DNA of 64,000 nucleotides, taken from the NCBI GenBank assembly GCA_964416765.1, contig CAYQEU010000001.1:65675-129674 (forward strand). The letters run 5' to 3'. The notes beneath the pieces were generated by a model. It had not been told where the DNA came from. It did not search any database and was given only the letters and a program-made list of their open reading frames with translations. Positions 19,048-28,247 of the stretch are shown in pieces. The stretch is from an uncultured Candidatus Saccharibacteria bacterium (GTDB lineage Bacteria > Patescibacteriota > Doudnabacteria > UBA920). A program made the translations under genes and the position numbers. Numbering within the stretch: the stretch's first letter is position 1; every line of letters starts with the position of its first letter.

Positions 19048-20298
19048 ATGGCAAAAGAAAATTACATCGTTGGTCTTGATATCGGAACCCAAAACATAAG
19101 AGTCGTCCAGGCAAAAGTGGAAGACGATGGTTCTTTGAATGTCATCGGCGCGGCCGCAGTCCCTGCATCAGGGATGCGCAAAGGCGTCATCGTTGACATT
19201 GAAGAAGCAGTGTCTTCCATATCCGCCGCTTTGGAAAAAGTGGAACGAATGACCGGTATCCCGGTAACCCGGGCCAACGTTTCTGTTGGCGGCAATCATG
19301 TCACCTGCATTGACTCCAAGGGTGTTATCGCGGTGTCACGCGCGGACGGTGAAATTACCGATAATGACGTAGTCCGCGTCATCGACGCTTCGCAGGCCAT
19401 CTCCATTCCGCCAAACAGGGAAGTGCTCCACGTTATCCCAAAAACCTTTACGCTCGACGGGCAGGTGGGAATCAAAGACCCAATTGGCATGACGGGTATC
19501 CGTCTGGAAGTGGAAACCATAATTATCCACGGCGCGTTGCCATTCCTGAAAAACTTAAACAAGACCATCACACAAACCGGCGTTGAAGTTGATCACCAGG
19601 TCTTGTCGCCGTTGGCCGCCGCAACCTCCAGCCTGAACAAGCGCCAAAAGGAATTGGGCGTGGCTTTGGTTGACCTAGGCGCGGGCACCACCAGTATTGC
19701 CGTCTACGAAGAAAACAATTTGATCCACACGGCGGTCTTGCCGATAGGCGCGATGCACATTACCAACGACATAGCGATTGGCCTGCGCTGTACCATTGAT
19801 ACCGCGGAAAAAGTTAAACTCGAATATGGCAGTGCTGAACTCAATGACATTGACCGCCACGAGCAAATTGACCTAAACAAGTTTGACCCGGAAGAAACCG
19901 AGCGCGTGGCCCGCACCATGATTGTCGAAATTATCGAGGCTCGTCTGGAAGAAATTTTTGAACACATAACCAAAGAACTGAAAAAGATTGAGCGGGACGG
20001 CAAACTGCCAGCCGGCATAGTATTGACCGGCGGGGGAAGCCTCTTGCCGGGGCTGGCTGACTACGCCAAAAAGCACCTGCGCTTGCCGGTGCAAATTGGC
20101 CAGCCTCAGGAACTGAAATCAATAATTGACCAGGTCCAGGAACCGTCGTTCGCGACCGTTACCGGCCTTGCTTTATGGGACACCAGTACGTACTCCGAAG
20201 GGGGAATTGCGGGTAATTTAAGCGGTAAATTGTCCGGGTTGATGGAAAACCAAAACATGGTAAAATTAAGAAAGTTATTTAAATCTTTCTTACCGTAA
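19048..20298 (+). CDS. ftsA: Cell division protein FtsA
   Basis: VGLDIGT, GMRKGVIVD, PIGMTGIRLE, LVDLGAGTT, VLTGGGS. Confidence 0.97.
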   Translation: MAKENYIVGLDIGTQNIRVVQAKVEDDGSLNVIGAAAVPASGMRKGVIVDIEEAVSSISAALEKVERMTGIPVTRANVSVGGNHVTCIDSKGVIAVSRADGEITDNDVVRVIDASQAISIPPNREVLHVIPKTFTLDGQVGIKDPIGMTGIRLEVETIIIHGALPFLKNLNKTITQTGVEVDHQVLSPLAAATSSLNKRQKELGVALVDLGAGTTSIAVYEENNLIHTAVLPIGAMHITNDIAIGLRCTIDTAEKVKLEYGSAELNDIDRHEQIDLNKFDPEETERVARTMIVEIIEARLEEIFEHITKELKKIERDGKLPAGIVLTGGGSLLPGLADYAKKHLRLPVQIGQPQELKSIIDQVQEPSFATVTGLALWDTSTYSEGGIAGNLSGKLSGLMENQNMVKLRKLFKSFLP

Positions 20299-20311
20299 AC
20301 AGCACTAAATC

Positions 20312-21484
20312 ATGAAGAAAACCCCCATGGAAGTTAAACCCAAAATTGAAACTTTTGCTCGAATTAAGGTACTAGGTATCGGCGGTTCCGGAACCAACGT
20401 GGTAAACCGCATGACCCAGCTCGGCATCAGAGGCGTCGAGTTTATTTCGGTTAACACGGACGCACAGGCTCTGCACAACAACGCCGCTGACAAGAAAGTC
20501 CATATCGGCAAAAGCATTACCAAGGGTTTGGGATCCGGTATGAACCCGGAACTTGGCCGTCAGGCTGCTGAAGAAAGCCAGGAAGAAATTGAAGAAGTTA
20601 TTACCAATGCCGACATGGTGTTCATTACCTGCGGGCTTGGCGGCGGCACCGGTACCGGTGCTGCACCGATTGTTGCTGAACTTGCGAAGAACCGTGGCAT
20701 CCTCACCATTGCCGTTGTCACCAAACCGTTCACTTTTGAAGGCAGTAAGCGCCGCGAAGTTGCCGATGCCGGTTACGACAACCTGAAAGACAAAGTAGAC
20801 GCTATTATTTCCATACACAACGACCGCATTTTGCAGATCATCGACAAAAAGACTTCTTTGCTCGACGCGTTTAAGACCGTCGATGAAGTAGTCCGCCAGG
20901 GTATCTCCGGCATTTCCGATTTGATTACCACCCACGGTATTGTTAACGCCGACTTTGCTGACATCCGTACCATAATGCAGGATGCCGGTACCGCTTTGAT
21001 GGGTATTGGCCGGGCCGGGGGAGAAACCCGCGCCGCCGATGCCGCGAAGGCCGCTATCAATTCTCCTTTGTTGGAGATGACCATCGATGGCGCCAAAGGC
21101 GTATTGTTCAACATTACCGGCGGTAAGGAATTGGGCATGTTTGAAATCGACGAAGCCGCCAAGGTTATTACTAAGAGTATTGACCCAGACGCCAAGGTTA
21201 AGTTTGGTGCCGTAATTGATGAAGCCCTCGGCGATGAAATCCGCATTACTGTTATTGCCACCGGGTTTGATGAGGGTAACCGCCGCGCCGCTCCAATGCA
21301 CTACGCTCCGGCTGAAGAAGTACCGTTGCCACAGGCTCCTACTCCGGTTGAACCGCCAAAAGTAGAAGTCCGCAAGCCGCTCTTTACTCCAAAGCCCATG
21401 GAAGCAGTACACGCTCAGCCCCGGGAAGAAGAAGATAACGACGAACTTGATATCCCAGCGTTTATCCGCAAGAAAATGAAATAG
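20312..21484 (+). CDS. ftsZ: Cell division protein FtsZ
   Basis: GGGTGTG tubulin signature, NTDAQAL, NADFAD, C-terminal LDIPAFIRK. Confidence 0.99.
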   Translation: MKKTPMEVKPKIETFARIKVLGIGGSGTNVVNRMTQLGIRGVEFISVNTDAQALHNNAADKKVHIGKSITKGLGSGMNPELGRQAAEESQEEIEEVITNADMVFITCGLGGGTGTGAAPIVAELAKNRGILTIAVVTKPFTFEGSKRREVADAGYDNLKDKVDAIISIHNDRILQIIDKKTSLLDAFKTVDEVVRQGISGISDLITTHGIVNADFADIRTIMQDAGTALMGIGRAGGETRAADAAKAAINSPLLEMTIDGAKGVLFNITGGKELGMFEIDEAAKVITKSIDPDAKVKFGAVIDEALGDEIRITVIATGFDEGNRRAAPMHYAPAEEVPLPQAPTPVEPPKVEVRKPLFTPKPMEAVHAQPREEEDNDELDIPAFIRKKMK

Positions 21485-21487
21485 TTT

Positions 21488-21514
21488 AAAACCGCCCATG
21501 AGTGGGCGGTTTTT
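21488..21514 (+). terminator. Intrinsic terminator after ftsZ
   Basis: AAAACCGCCCA-TGAG-TGGGCGGTTTTT. Confidence 0.85.
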
Positions 21515-21518
21515 AATT

Positions 21519-21547
21519 TTGACACCGGACCGTCTGGTCGTTATAAT
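21519..21547 (+). promoter_or_regulatory. Consensus sigma70 promoter of an orphan gene
   Basis: TTGACA-17-TATAAT. Confidence 0.8.
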
Positions 21548-21578
21548 CGTATATCACAACTGCGAGGAGGGCAGGATT

Positions 21579-22082
21579 ATGTATTCTCACTATTATATAT
21601 GGGTGCTGCTGTCCATTCTGTCATTTTGGCTGGTATGCAGGGCGTTGGCGTATTGGAGTCACTGGAATTCGCTGATCAAGGCGCTGGACATTACTGTTTT
21701 GGAAAAGTACGGTTTGAGCTTCAAGGAGCAGAAGCAATTGTGCCATGACCGGTACTGGCGGGATGAGCGCCTGCTCAGGCACCGTGTGCTGGGCGCTTTA
21801 AAAACCGAACAGATGCGCGACTCGATGCGCGTGGAAGTCGAGAGGGGATTAAGCTCTGCGGGATTCAAATTTACCGCTGAGGGGCATGTCTTCATCTTCA
21901 ACTTTCGCGAAGTCCATAACATGTACGTTATAACCGACTTCGTGGTAGAGCTGTTGGCGCTCCCTCAAGACCTTTCTTTGGACCTGGCGCGCTTTAACGA
22001 CGCTCAAGCCAACCCCATAATGCGGAAAATACTGGAAGAAAAGCGGCAAGCCGCAACCCAACCCTTAAGACCGGAAGCTTAA
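21579..22082 (+). CDS. Hypothetical protein with N-terminal TM helix
   Basis: Start set at the ATG 8 nt after GAGGAGG; MYSHYYIWVLLSILSFWLVCRALAYW. Confidence 0.65.
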   Translation: MYSHYYIWVLLSILSFWLVCRALAYWSHWNSLIKALDITVLEKYGLSFKEQKQLCHDRYWRDERLLRHRVLGALKTEQMRDSMRVEVERGLSSAGFKFTAEGHVFIFNFREVHNMYVITDFVVELLALPQDLSLDLARFNDAQANPIMRKILEEKRQAATQPLRPEA

Positions 22083-22122
22083 CGCTCCCGGTCTTAAAAA
22101 TGCCCTAATGAGGGCAACGGTG

Positions 22123-22131
22123 TGTGGATAA
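22123..22131. promoter_or_regulatory. DnaA box upstream of the nrdR-nrdJ promoter
   Basis: TGTGGATAA, the reverse complement of consensus TTATCCACA. Confidence 0.55.
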
Positions 22132-22181
22132 CCCGGACCCAAAAATAGCCAAAATCACAAACTCCTCATAAACACGCGGGA

Positions 22182-22237
22182 TTGACGTAATACTAGATAT
22201 GGTATATAATATTAGGGTGAGATACTATATATAGTAT
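22182..22237 (+). promoter_or_regulatory. nrdR-nrdJ promoter with tandem NrdR boxes
   Basis: TTGACG (22182), 17 nt, TATAAT (22205). Palindromic ATACTAGATATGGTAT (22190-22205) and ATACTATATATAGTAT (22222-22237) lie 32 bp apart. Confidence 0.88.
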
Positions 22238-22339
22238 TTTTACAGGGGTAAGCCATTTACCCAAAGAAACCAAAATAAACCCTAAGTTTTAATAGGTTTC
22301 CCCAATTTTTTCGATAAATCATAAATATCGCCTTCTTTA

Positions 22340-22786
22340 ATGCGCTGTCCAAATTGCCAAAACGCTGATACTAAAGTCCTTGATTCCCGCCCCGTTGAAG
22401 AGGGCTCCGCCATCCGCCGGCGCCGCGAATGCGATAAATGCAGTTTCCGCTTCTCGACCTACGAGGAAATCGAAATTTTGGACCTTACAGTCATCAAGCA
22501 TGACGGAACACGCCAGCCTTATTCCAGGGAAAAGCTGGAAAGGGGAATCCAGAGGGCCTTCGAAAAACGACCCCATACGGATGACACCTTCAAAAAGATC
22601 ATTTCCGCGGTTGAACAGGATATCCAGAAAAAGGCGGCCAGCGGGGAAATCCAGAGTACAGATATAGGGGAGTTTGTGATGAAAAGGATCAAGAAGATCG
22701 ACAAGGTGGCATATATCCGGTTCGCCAGTGTCTACAGGCAGTTCGAAGACGTAGACGAATTCAAAGAAGCAATCCAAAAATTATAA
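22340..22786 (+). CDS. nrdR: Transcriptional repressor NrdR
   Basis: MRCPNC...KVLDSR...IRRRREC..C..RFSTYE, ATP cone, VAYIRFASVYRQF. Confidence 0.98.
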   Translation: MRCPNCQNADTKVLDSRPVEEGSAIRRRRECDKCSFRFSTYEEIEILDLTVIKHDGTRQPYSREKLERGIQRAFEKRPHTDDTFKKIISAVEQDIQKKAASGEIQSTDIGEFVMKRIKKIDKVAYIRFASVYRQFEDVDEFKEAIQKL

Positions 22787-22814
22787 ACCAACCAATAATT
22801 AATTAGGAAACAAA

Positions 22815-25493
22815 ATGTCGCAAATCCACGAAAATCTGCAAACCCGGCAGAAGAACGCCCTCTCCGAATTGGGAGAAAAAATCTTTTTAGACCGTTATGC
22901 TATTAAAGACGCCAAGAAGGAAACTTTGGCGGTGGGCGATACCGTCGTGGTATGCGTTAATCTTAAAACCGGCCAGCGCGAAATCGGCACCGTTGAATCC
23001 ATGGACACCGGCAAAAAAGAAGTCCAGGTTAAACTCCGCGATGGCAGTGTTGAATCCCACAAGATTGAAAACGTGGACAAACCGGTTGAAACCGTGCCGG
23101 AGCAGATGTTCGACCGTATTGCCAAGCACATTTCCAGCGTGGAAGCGACTTCGGAAAAACAGCACGAGTGGGAAGAAAAATTCCGTGGCGTCATGGAAGA
23201 CTGGAAGTATGTCCCAGCGGGACGCATCTACACCGGTTCGGGTACCGGCCAAAATTTAACTTTTTATAACTGTTACGTAATTCCGTCTCCTAAGGATTCC
23301 CGCGGCGGCATCATCGATACGCTGCGCCAAATGGCGGAAATTATGTCCCGGGGCGGCGGCGTTGGCATCAACGTTTCCTCTTTGCGCCCGCGTTACGCTT
23401 ACGTCAAAGGCGTAAATGGCCGTTCTTCCGGATCTGTTTCCTGGGCCTCCCTTTACTCTTTTGTTACCGGTTTGATTGAACAGGGCGGTTCCCGCCGTGG
23501 CGCTTTGATGCTCATTTTGAATGTTTGGCACCCTGATGTAGTGGATTTCATCAATGCCAAAAAGGAAGCTGGTAAGATTACCAACGCCAATATTTCCGTT
23601 GGTGTCACTGACGATTTCATGGAAGCCGTAAAGGCTGACAAAGACTGGGATTTGGTATTCCCTGACACTTCCGACCCGCTTTACGCCGAAAACTGGAATG
23701 GTGACCTGAAAGCGTGGAAAGAAATGGGCGGCAACGTTATAGTCCATAAGACCGTTCCAGCCCGTGAGATTTGGGACAATATTATTTCTTCGGCCTGGTC
23801 CAGCGCCGAACCCGGCGTTTACTTTATCGACCGCGCCAACTACTACTCTAATTCCCACTACTACGCCCAGTTAATGTGCACCAACCCTTGTGGGGAACAG
23901 CCGCTTCCTGCTTGGGGTGTATGTAACCTCGGCCACGTTAACTTGTCCCGCCATTTGACCGCGGAAGGCAATGACGTTGACTGGAATGGCTTGAAGACCA
24001 CTGTCCAGTACGCTGTCCGCTTCCAGGACAATGTTATTGACGCCACTCCTTACTTCTTCGAAGAAAACAAAACCCAGCAGCTTTCTGAACGCCGCATTGG
24101 CATGGGTACTATTGGGCTCGCTGAAATGCTTATCAAACTCGGCATCCGCTACGGCAGCGAAGAGGCTGTCCAGTTTATCGACAAACTTTACCAATTCATC
24201 GCTGTTACCGCCTACGAAACATCCGTAGAACTCGCCCGTGAAAAAGGCGCTTTCCCTCGCTTCAAGGCTGATAAGTTTTTGGAATCCGGTTTCATGAAGA
24301 ATATGCCGGAATACATTCGCGGCATGGTTGCGGAACACGGTATCCGTAACGTTACCATTTTGACCCAGGCCCCGACCGGTACTGTTGGTACCATGGTTGG
24401 CACCTCTACCGGCATTGAACCGTTCTTCTCCTGGACTTACTTCCGCAAGAGTCGTTTGGGTGTTCACCAGGAAAACATCAAACTGGCGCAAGATTGGTTA
24501 GACGCGCACCCAGGCGAAGAATTGCCGGAATACTTTGCCACCGCCATGGAGCTTTCTCCGGAAGACCACGTACGTGTCCAGGCCGCGGTACAACGCTGGA
24601 TGGACAGTGCTATTTCCAAAACCTGCAACGCCCCACAAGACTACACCATTGAACAGACCAAGAAGCTTTACGAAATGATGTATGACCTGGGCTGTAAAGG
24701 CGGCACTATTTACCGTGATGGTTCCCGTGACGAACAAGTCTTGGCTACTGACTCCAGCAAGCTCGGCAAGGACGCGGCCGAACAGGTCGCCAAGAAAGAG
24801 GGTGTCCAATCTGAGGTCCAGGAAGTCATGTCTGTCACCGGCGGCAACATCCAGTTCAAGATTGCCCCTCGTGAGCGCGCCACTGTAATGGGCGGCATGA
24901 CCTATCAGATGAAAACCGCGTATGGCAACCTGTACGTAACTATCAATGAAGATGCTAGTGGCCCGTTTGAAGTGTTTGCTTCCCTTGGCAAATCCGGCGG
25001 TTTCTTTGGCGCTCAGACCGAAGCAATTACCCGGTTGATTTCCTTGGCTCTCCGCTCCAATGTCGCGATTGAAGAAATCATTGACCAGGTTAAGGGGATT
25101 CGCGGCCCTGACGTTTCATTTGCCGATGGCCAGGCGGTTTACTCCCTGCCGGACGCAATTGGAAAAATTTTGGAAAAGCACGTTAAGCGCAATGACCAGC
25201 TCCAGCTCGATTTGGGCATCCCTGAGACCGCTCAGGACACAAACCCGGTTCCGCCGGTAAGCCCGGAGCCGCACCCTAGCGAACCTACCCAGGAACCGGT
25301 TATGGAAGCAGTTAAGGAAGCCATGGTGGGACAGGCTCCGCAAGGGGAAATGGCCATGCAGAAAGCCAAAGCGGCCAAGGTTTCCATTGCCAACCTGGGC
25401 AACGCCCCGGTCTGCGGAACCTGCGGCAGCATGCTGGTTATGGCCGAGGGTTGCATGAAGTGCGAATCCTGCGGCTACAGCAAGTGTGGCTAA
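22815..25493 (+). CDS. nrdJ: Class II adenosylcobalamin-dependent ribonucleotide reductase with TSCPD domain and C-terminal zinc ribbon
   Basis: NCYV, GGGVG, QGGSRRGA, TNPCGEQPL..CNLG, APTGT, KGGTIYRDGSR, C-terminal CGTCG...EGCMKCESCGYSKC. Confidence 0.96.
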   Translation: MSQIHENLQTRQKNALSELGEKIFLDRYAIKDAKKETLAVGDTVVVCVNLKTGQREIGTVESMDTGKKEVQVKLRDGSVESHKIENVDKPVETVPEQMFDRIAKHISSVEATSEKQHEWEEKFRGVMEDWKYVPAGRIYTGSGTGQNLTFYNCYVIPSPKDSRGGIIDTLRQMAEIMSRGGGVGINVSSLRPRYAYVKGVNGRSSGSVSWASLYSFVTGLIEQGGSRRGALMLILNVWHPDVVDFINAKKEAGKITNANISVGVTDDFMEAVKADKDWDLVFPDTSDPLYAENWNGDLKAWKEMGGNVIVHKTVPAREIWDNIISSAWSSAEPGVYFIDRANYYSNSHYYAQLMCTNPCGEQPLPAWGVCNLGHVNLSRHLTAEGNDVDWNGLKTTVQYAVRFQDNVIDATPYFFEENKTQQLSERRIGMGTIGLAEMLIKLGIRYGSEEAVQFIDKLYQFIAVTAYETSVELAREKGAFPRFKADKFLESGFMKNMPEYIRGMVAEHGIRNVTILTQAPTGTVGTMVGTSTGIEPFFSWTYFRKSRLGVHQENIKLAQDWLDAHPGEELPEYFATAMELSPEDHVRVQAAVQRWMDSAISKTCNAPQDYTIEQTKKLYEMMYDLGCKGGTIYRDGSRDEQVLATDSSKLGKDAAEQVAKKEGVQSEVQEVMSVTGGNIQFKIAPRERATVMGGMTYQMKTAYGNLYVTINEDASGPFEVFASLGKSGGFFGAQTEAITRLISLALRSNVAIEEIIDQVKGIRGPDVSFADGQAVYSLPDAIGKILEKHVKRNDQLQLDLGIPETAQDTNPVPPVSPEPHPSEPTQEPVMEAVKEAMVGQAPQGEMAMQKAKAAKVSIANLGNAPVCGTCGSMLVMAEGCMKCESCGYSKCG

Positions 25494-25572
25494 CAATTTG
25501 TATTTATAAATAACAAAGCCGCGTATAAAGGTTGGAATACGCGGCTTATGTTTTACCGAAATTGAATGAGGG

Positions 25573-26076
25573 TTAAGGGACTATGAGCCTGACTTGCTCA
25601 GTGCTCAGGACGAGAGTATTGCCACTCTCAAGGCGAATCCGTAGGCGAAGGACAACTTCCTTGCTGGTGACCACCTTGGATTGGTAGGAGTTGGTGTGGG
25701 CGGGGTGCCCGGAACCTCCCCGATAATATGAACGGGTAGATTGCCCGGCAGTCGTGGGGCCAAGAATCCCCACTACGGCTACTTCGCGACCGGCGTAAGG
25801 CTTGCCCTTCTTGTCGGCGGCGCGAGTGCGGATGATGATGACCTTGCGGTCCATGTAACGCCGGTGCGTTTCGTGGTAAATTTTAACCCGGTTAGGTTTG
25901 CACCACTGCTTGTTGGTCGGGTTAAGAAACTCCGCGAGAATTTTGCGCTCATCAGTTTTGCAAATTCCCGGATCCATCAAGTGAAAGCGTTCAAAAAAAT
26001 CGCTTTCCTCAGTGCGGCTCGTTGCCGCTCCATTTCCGGAAGCATCGGATTCAATGCTCCTTTTATCATTCAACAT
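25573..26076 (-). CDS. Hypothetical orphan protein
   Basis: 167 aa ORF filling the nrdJ-btuR gap; GAGGAGG upstream; no recognised motif. Confidence 0.55.
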   Translation of the reverse strand: MLNDKRSIESDASGNGAATSRTEESDFFERFHLMDPGICKTDERKILAEFLNPTNKQWCKPNRVKIYHETHRRYMDRKVIIIRTRAADKKGKPYAGREVAVVGILGPTTAGQSTRSYYRGGSGHPAHTNSYQSKVVTSKEVVLRLRIRLESGNTLVLSTEQVRLIVP

Positions 26077-26122
26077 TATTAAGAAAGTCCTCCTCAGACA
26101 GTGTAGTTAGACAAATATTACC

Positions 26123-26746
26123 ATGCCATTTACCAAAAAGAAAACCACCAAAGAAGAGATTGCCCAAAAAGGCTTAGTCTTGGTTAATATTGGGGCGGGC
26201 AAAGGCAAGACTACGGCGGCCTTTGGTTCGGCCATACGCGCTTCCGGCGCCGGGCTAAATGTGTTTGTGCTGCAGTTCGTTAAGGCGGCGAAACCAAAAG
26301 AGGGGCGCGAGCTTCAGCCGGGGGAGTGGCCACTTTCCAGTGAAGTCCAGTTTTTGAATGACATAAAAATTCCGCGGGGAATGGGGCGAATTGACTGCGA
26401 ACAGGTGGGTGCCGGGTTTGTTGGCATACTTGGCGACCGCAAAGAGAAGGAGCAACACATGCGTGAAGCTCTCCGTGGCCTGGAAATGGCGCGCAAAGTC
26501 CTGGCAGGGAAGGAATATGATTTAATAATCCTTGATGAGATTCTGTCGGCGGTAGATTTGGAACTCCTAACTGAACAAGACATTATTGATTTGATACAGG
26601 CGAAACCATACGACACTCATGTCATAATGACCGGGCACGAGAAGTATCCCAAGATTTTTAAGCTTTGCGACACCGTTACGGAAATGAAGATGGTGAAGCA
26701 CGCCTACTACAATGGGGTATTAGCCCAGTTTGGGATTGACTACTAA
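26123..26746 (+). CDS. btuR: Cob(I)alamin/cob(I)yrinate adenosyltransferase (BtuR/CobO)
   Basis: G.GKGKTTAAFG..RA.G.G, LQFVK, YDLIILDE, VIMTG, VTEM..VKH.Y..G..AQ.GIDY. Confidence 0.93.
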   Translation: MPFTKKKTTKEEIAQKGLVLVNIGAGKGKTTAAFGSAIRASGAGLNVFVLQFVKAAKPKEGRELQPGEWPLSSEVQFLNDIKIPRGMGRIDCEQVGAGFVGILGDRKEKEQHMREALRGLEMARKVLAGKEYDLIILDEILSAVDLELLTEQDIIDLIQAKPYDTHVIMTGHEKYPKIFKLCDTVTEMKMVKHAYYNGVLAQFGIDY

Positions 26747-26764
26747 CCCAAATTATGCTATAAT
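26736..26764 (+). promoter_or_regulatory. hisS leader promoter
   Basis: TTGACT-17-TATAAT with extended TG. Confidence 0.8.
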
Positions 26765-26774
26765 TAAGGCAGAT

Positions 26775-26825
26775 ATGAAAAACATCAATATTTACAACCA
26801 GAACCATCATCACCCTCTTGGCTAA
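26775..26825 (+). CDS. Histidine leader peptide (16 aa)
   Basis: MKNINIYNQNHHHPLG*, with CAT CAT CAC at 26805-26813. Confidence 0.85.
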   Translation: MKNINIYNQNHHHPLG

Positions 26826-26878
26826 GAGGTTGTTCTTGTTGTATTTATTTACACCGCAGCCTCTTGGGGCTGTTTTTT
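26793..26878 (+). promoter_or_regulatory. Ribosome-mediated transcription attenuator of hisS
   Basis: Protector 26793-26804/26832-26843 plus 26814-26820/26823-26829; antiterminator 26824-26833/26856-26865; terminator 26856-26873 followed by a U tract. Confidence 0.85.
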
Positions 26879-26915
26879 GTTTGGCCGCTTAACTGATACA
26901 ATTAATTAGAAGTAT

Positions 26916-28208
26916 ATGACTGAAAAAATCGAACCGCGATTGCTTAAGGGCTTTCGCGACTACAACACTACTGAACAAGCCGCGCGGCAGGAAATGTTCC
27001 GGAAGATCCAGGACACCTTCGAGTCGTTTGGCTTTGCTCCGCTTTCCACCCCTGTGCTGGAGTACAAAGACATTCTCATGGGGAAATATGGGGAAGACGA
27101 AAAGCTGATTTATGCTTTTAAGGATAATGGCGATCGCGATGTGGCCATGCGATATGACCTGACCGTGCCTTTGGCGCGTTACGTGGCTCAGAACATCAAC
27201 CAATTAACCCTGCCGTTCAAACGTTACCAGATCGCGCCAGTCTGGCGCGCGGATAACCCGCAGCGAGGAAGACTCCGCGAGTTCTACCAGTGCGACGTGG
27301 ACAGTGTTGGGGCCGTGGGCGCGTTAAGCGACGCTGAAGTAGTTGCCTGCGTGTGCAAAGCCATTGAAGCTGTTGGCATTACCGGATATAAGATAAAGAT
27401 TAACGACCGGGGATTGTTTGAAATCATTTCCAAGTCTTACCTTAAGGGCAGCGACGAAGAAATACAGGTGATGCGCGCCATGGACAAGACTGACAAAATT
27501 GGCCGCGAGGGTGTGGTAAATCTGTTGAAAGAAAAAGGGGTGTCCGGTGAGGCCATGAAGTTTGCCGAGTTGCTGCTGGAGACAGGAACCGGAAACGGCG
27601 CGTTGGATAAATTGGAACAGGCCGTGCCCGGCGCGTCCGAGCGTATTAAGGAATTTCGTAAGCTGGTTAGCCTGATTGCCGCGCAGGGAATTGACGCTGA
27701 CAAAATTGTGTTTGACCCGTCATGCGTCAGGGGGCTCGACTATTACACCGGCATGGTTTGTGAAATCGTGTTGAAAGATAACCCGGAGTTTGGTTCCATT
27801 GCCGGAGGCGGCCGCTATGATGGGCTGCTGGAAACCTTTTCCACCACTTCCGTTCCTGCGGTTGGCGTGAGCATAGGGGTGGACCGTTTGTTCGAAGCTA
27901 TGGAAAGTTTGGGACTTATTAAACAGAGCGGCGCTGTAAAAGCTATGATTTTGAACCTGGATGAGGAATTAGTCGCAGATTACGTGGCCCTGGCCAAAAC
28001 CCTGCGTGAAAGCGGAATTTCCGCTGAAGTTTATTTCCAATCCGCCAAGCTCGACAAGCAATTTAAGTACGCGGAAACCCGCGGCGCTAAATTTGCCATT
28101 ATTATGGGTTCGGAAGAAAAAACGGCGGGGACAGTACAGGTAAAAAATCTGGAGACGCGCGAGCAGAACATGGTGAAAGTTGAAGAATTGTCAGGTACGC
28201 TAACCTAG
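26916..28208 (+). CDS. hisS: Histidine--tRNA ligase (intact)
   Basis: KGFRDY, RYDLTVPLARY, VWRADNPQRGRLREFYQCDVD, RGLDYYTG, GGGRYD, SIGVDRL. Confidence 0.97.
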   Translation: MTEKIEPRLLKGFRDYNTTEQAARQEMFRKIQDTFESFGFAPLSTPVLEYKDILMGKYGEDEKLIYAFKDNGDRDVAMRYDLTVPLARYVAQNINQLTLPFKRYQIAPVWRADNPQRGRLREFYQCDVDSVGAVGALSDAEVVACVCKAIEAVGITGYKIKINDRGLFEIISKSYLKGSDEEIQVMRAMDKTDKIGREGVVNLLKEKGVSGEAMKFAELLLETGTGNGALDKLEQAVPGASERIKEFRKLVSLIAAQGIDADKIVFDPSCVRGLDYYTGMVCEIVLKDNPEFGSIAGGGRYDGLLETFSTTSVPAVGVSIGVDRLFEAMESLGLIKQSGAVKAMILNLDEELVADYVALAKTLRESGISAEVYFQSAKLDKQFKYAETRGAKFAIIMGSEEKTAGTVQVKNLETREQNMVKVEELSGTLT

Positions 28209-28247
28209 TTTAGGAAATATTGAACTGGCTTGTGGTAGGCTCTAGCC

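Noticed and set aside
22083-22339. Cobalamin riboswitch upstream of nrdR-nrdJ or btuR
   Set aside because: No B12-box or conserved GGGAA/GCCACTG elements were seen; NrdR boxes account for the region.
22815-25493. Intein or intron in nrdJ
   Set aside because: The reading frame is continuous with no intein splice motifs; the extra length is explained by an N-terminal insert, the TSCPD domain and a Pro/Glu linker.
26747-26915. T-box riboswitch upstream of hisS
   Set aside because: No TGGNACCGCG T-box sequence, and the leader is too short; the leader-peptide attenuator explains the structure.
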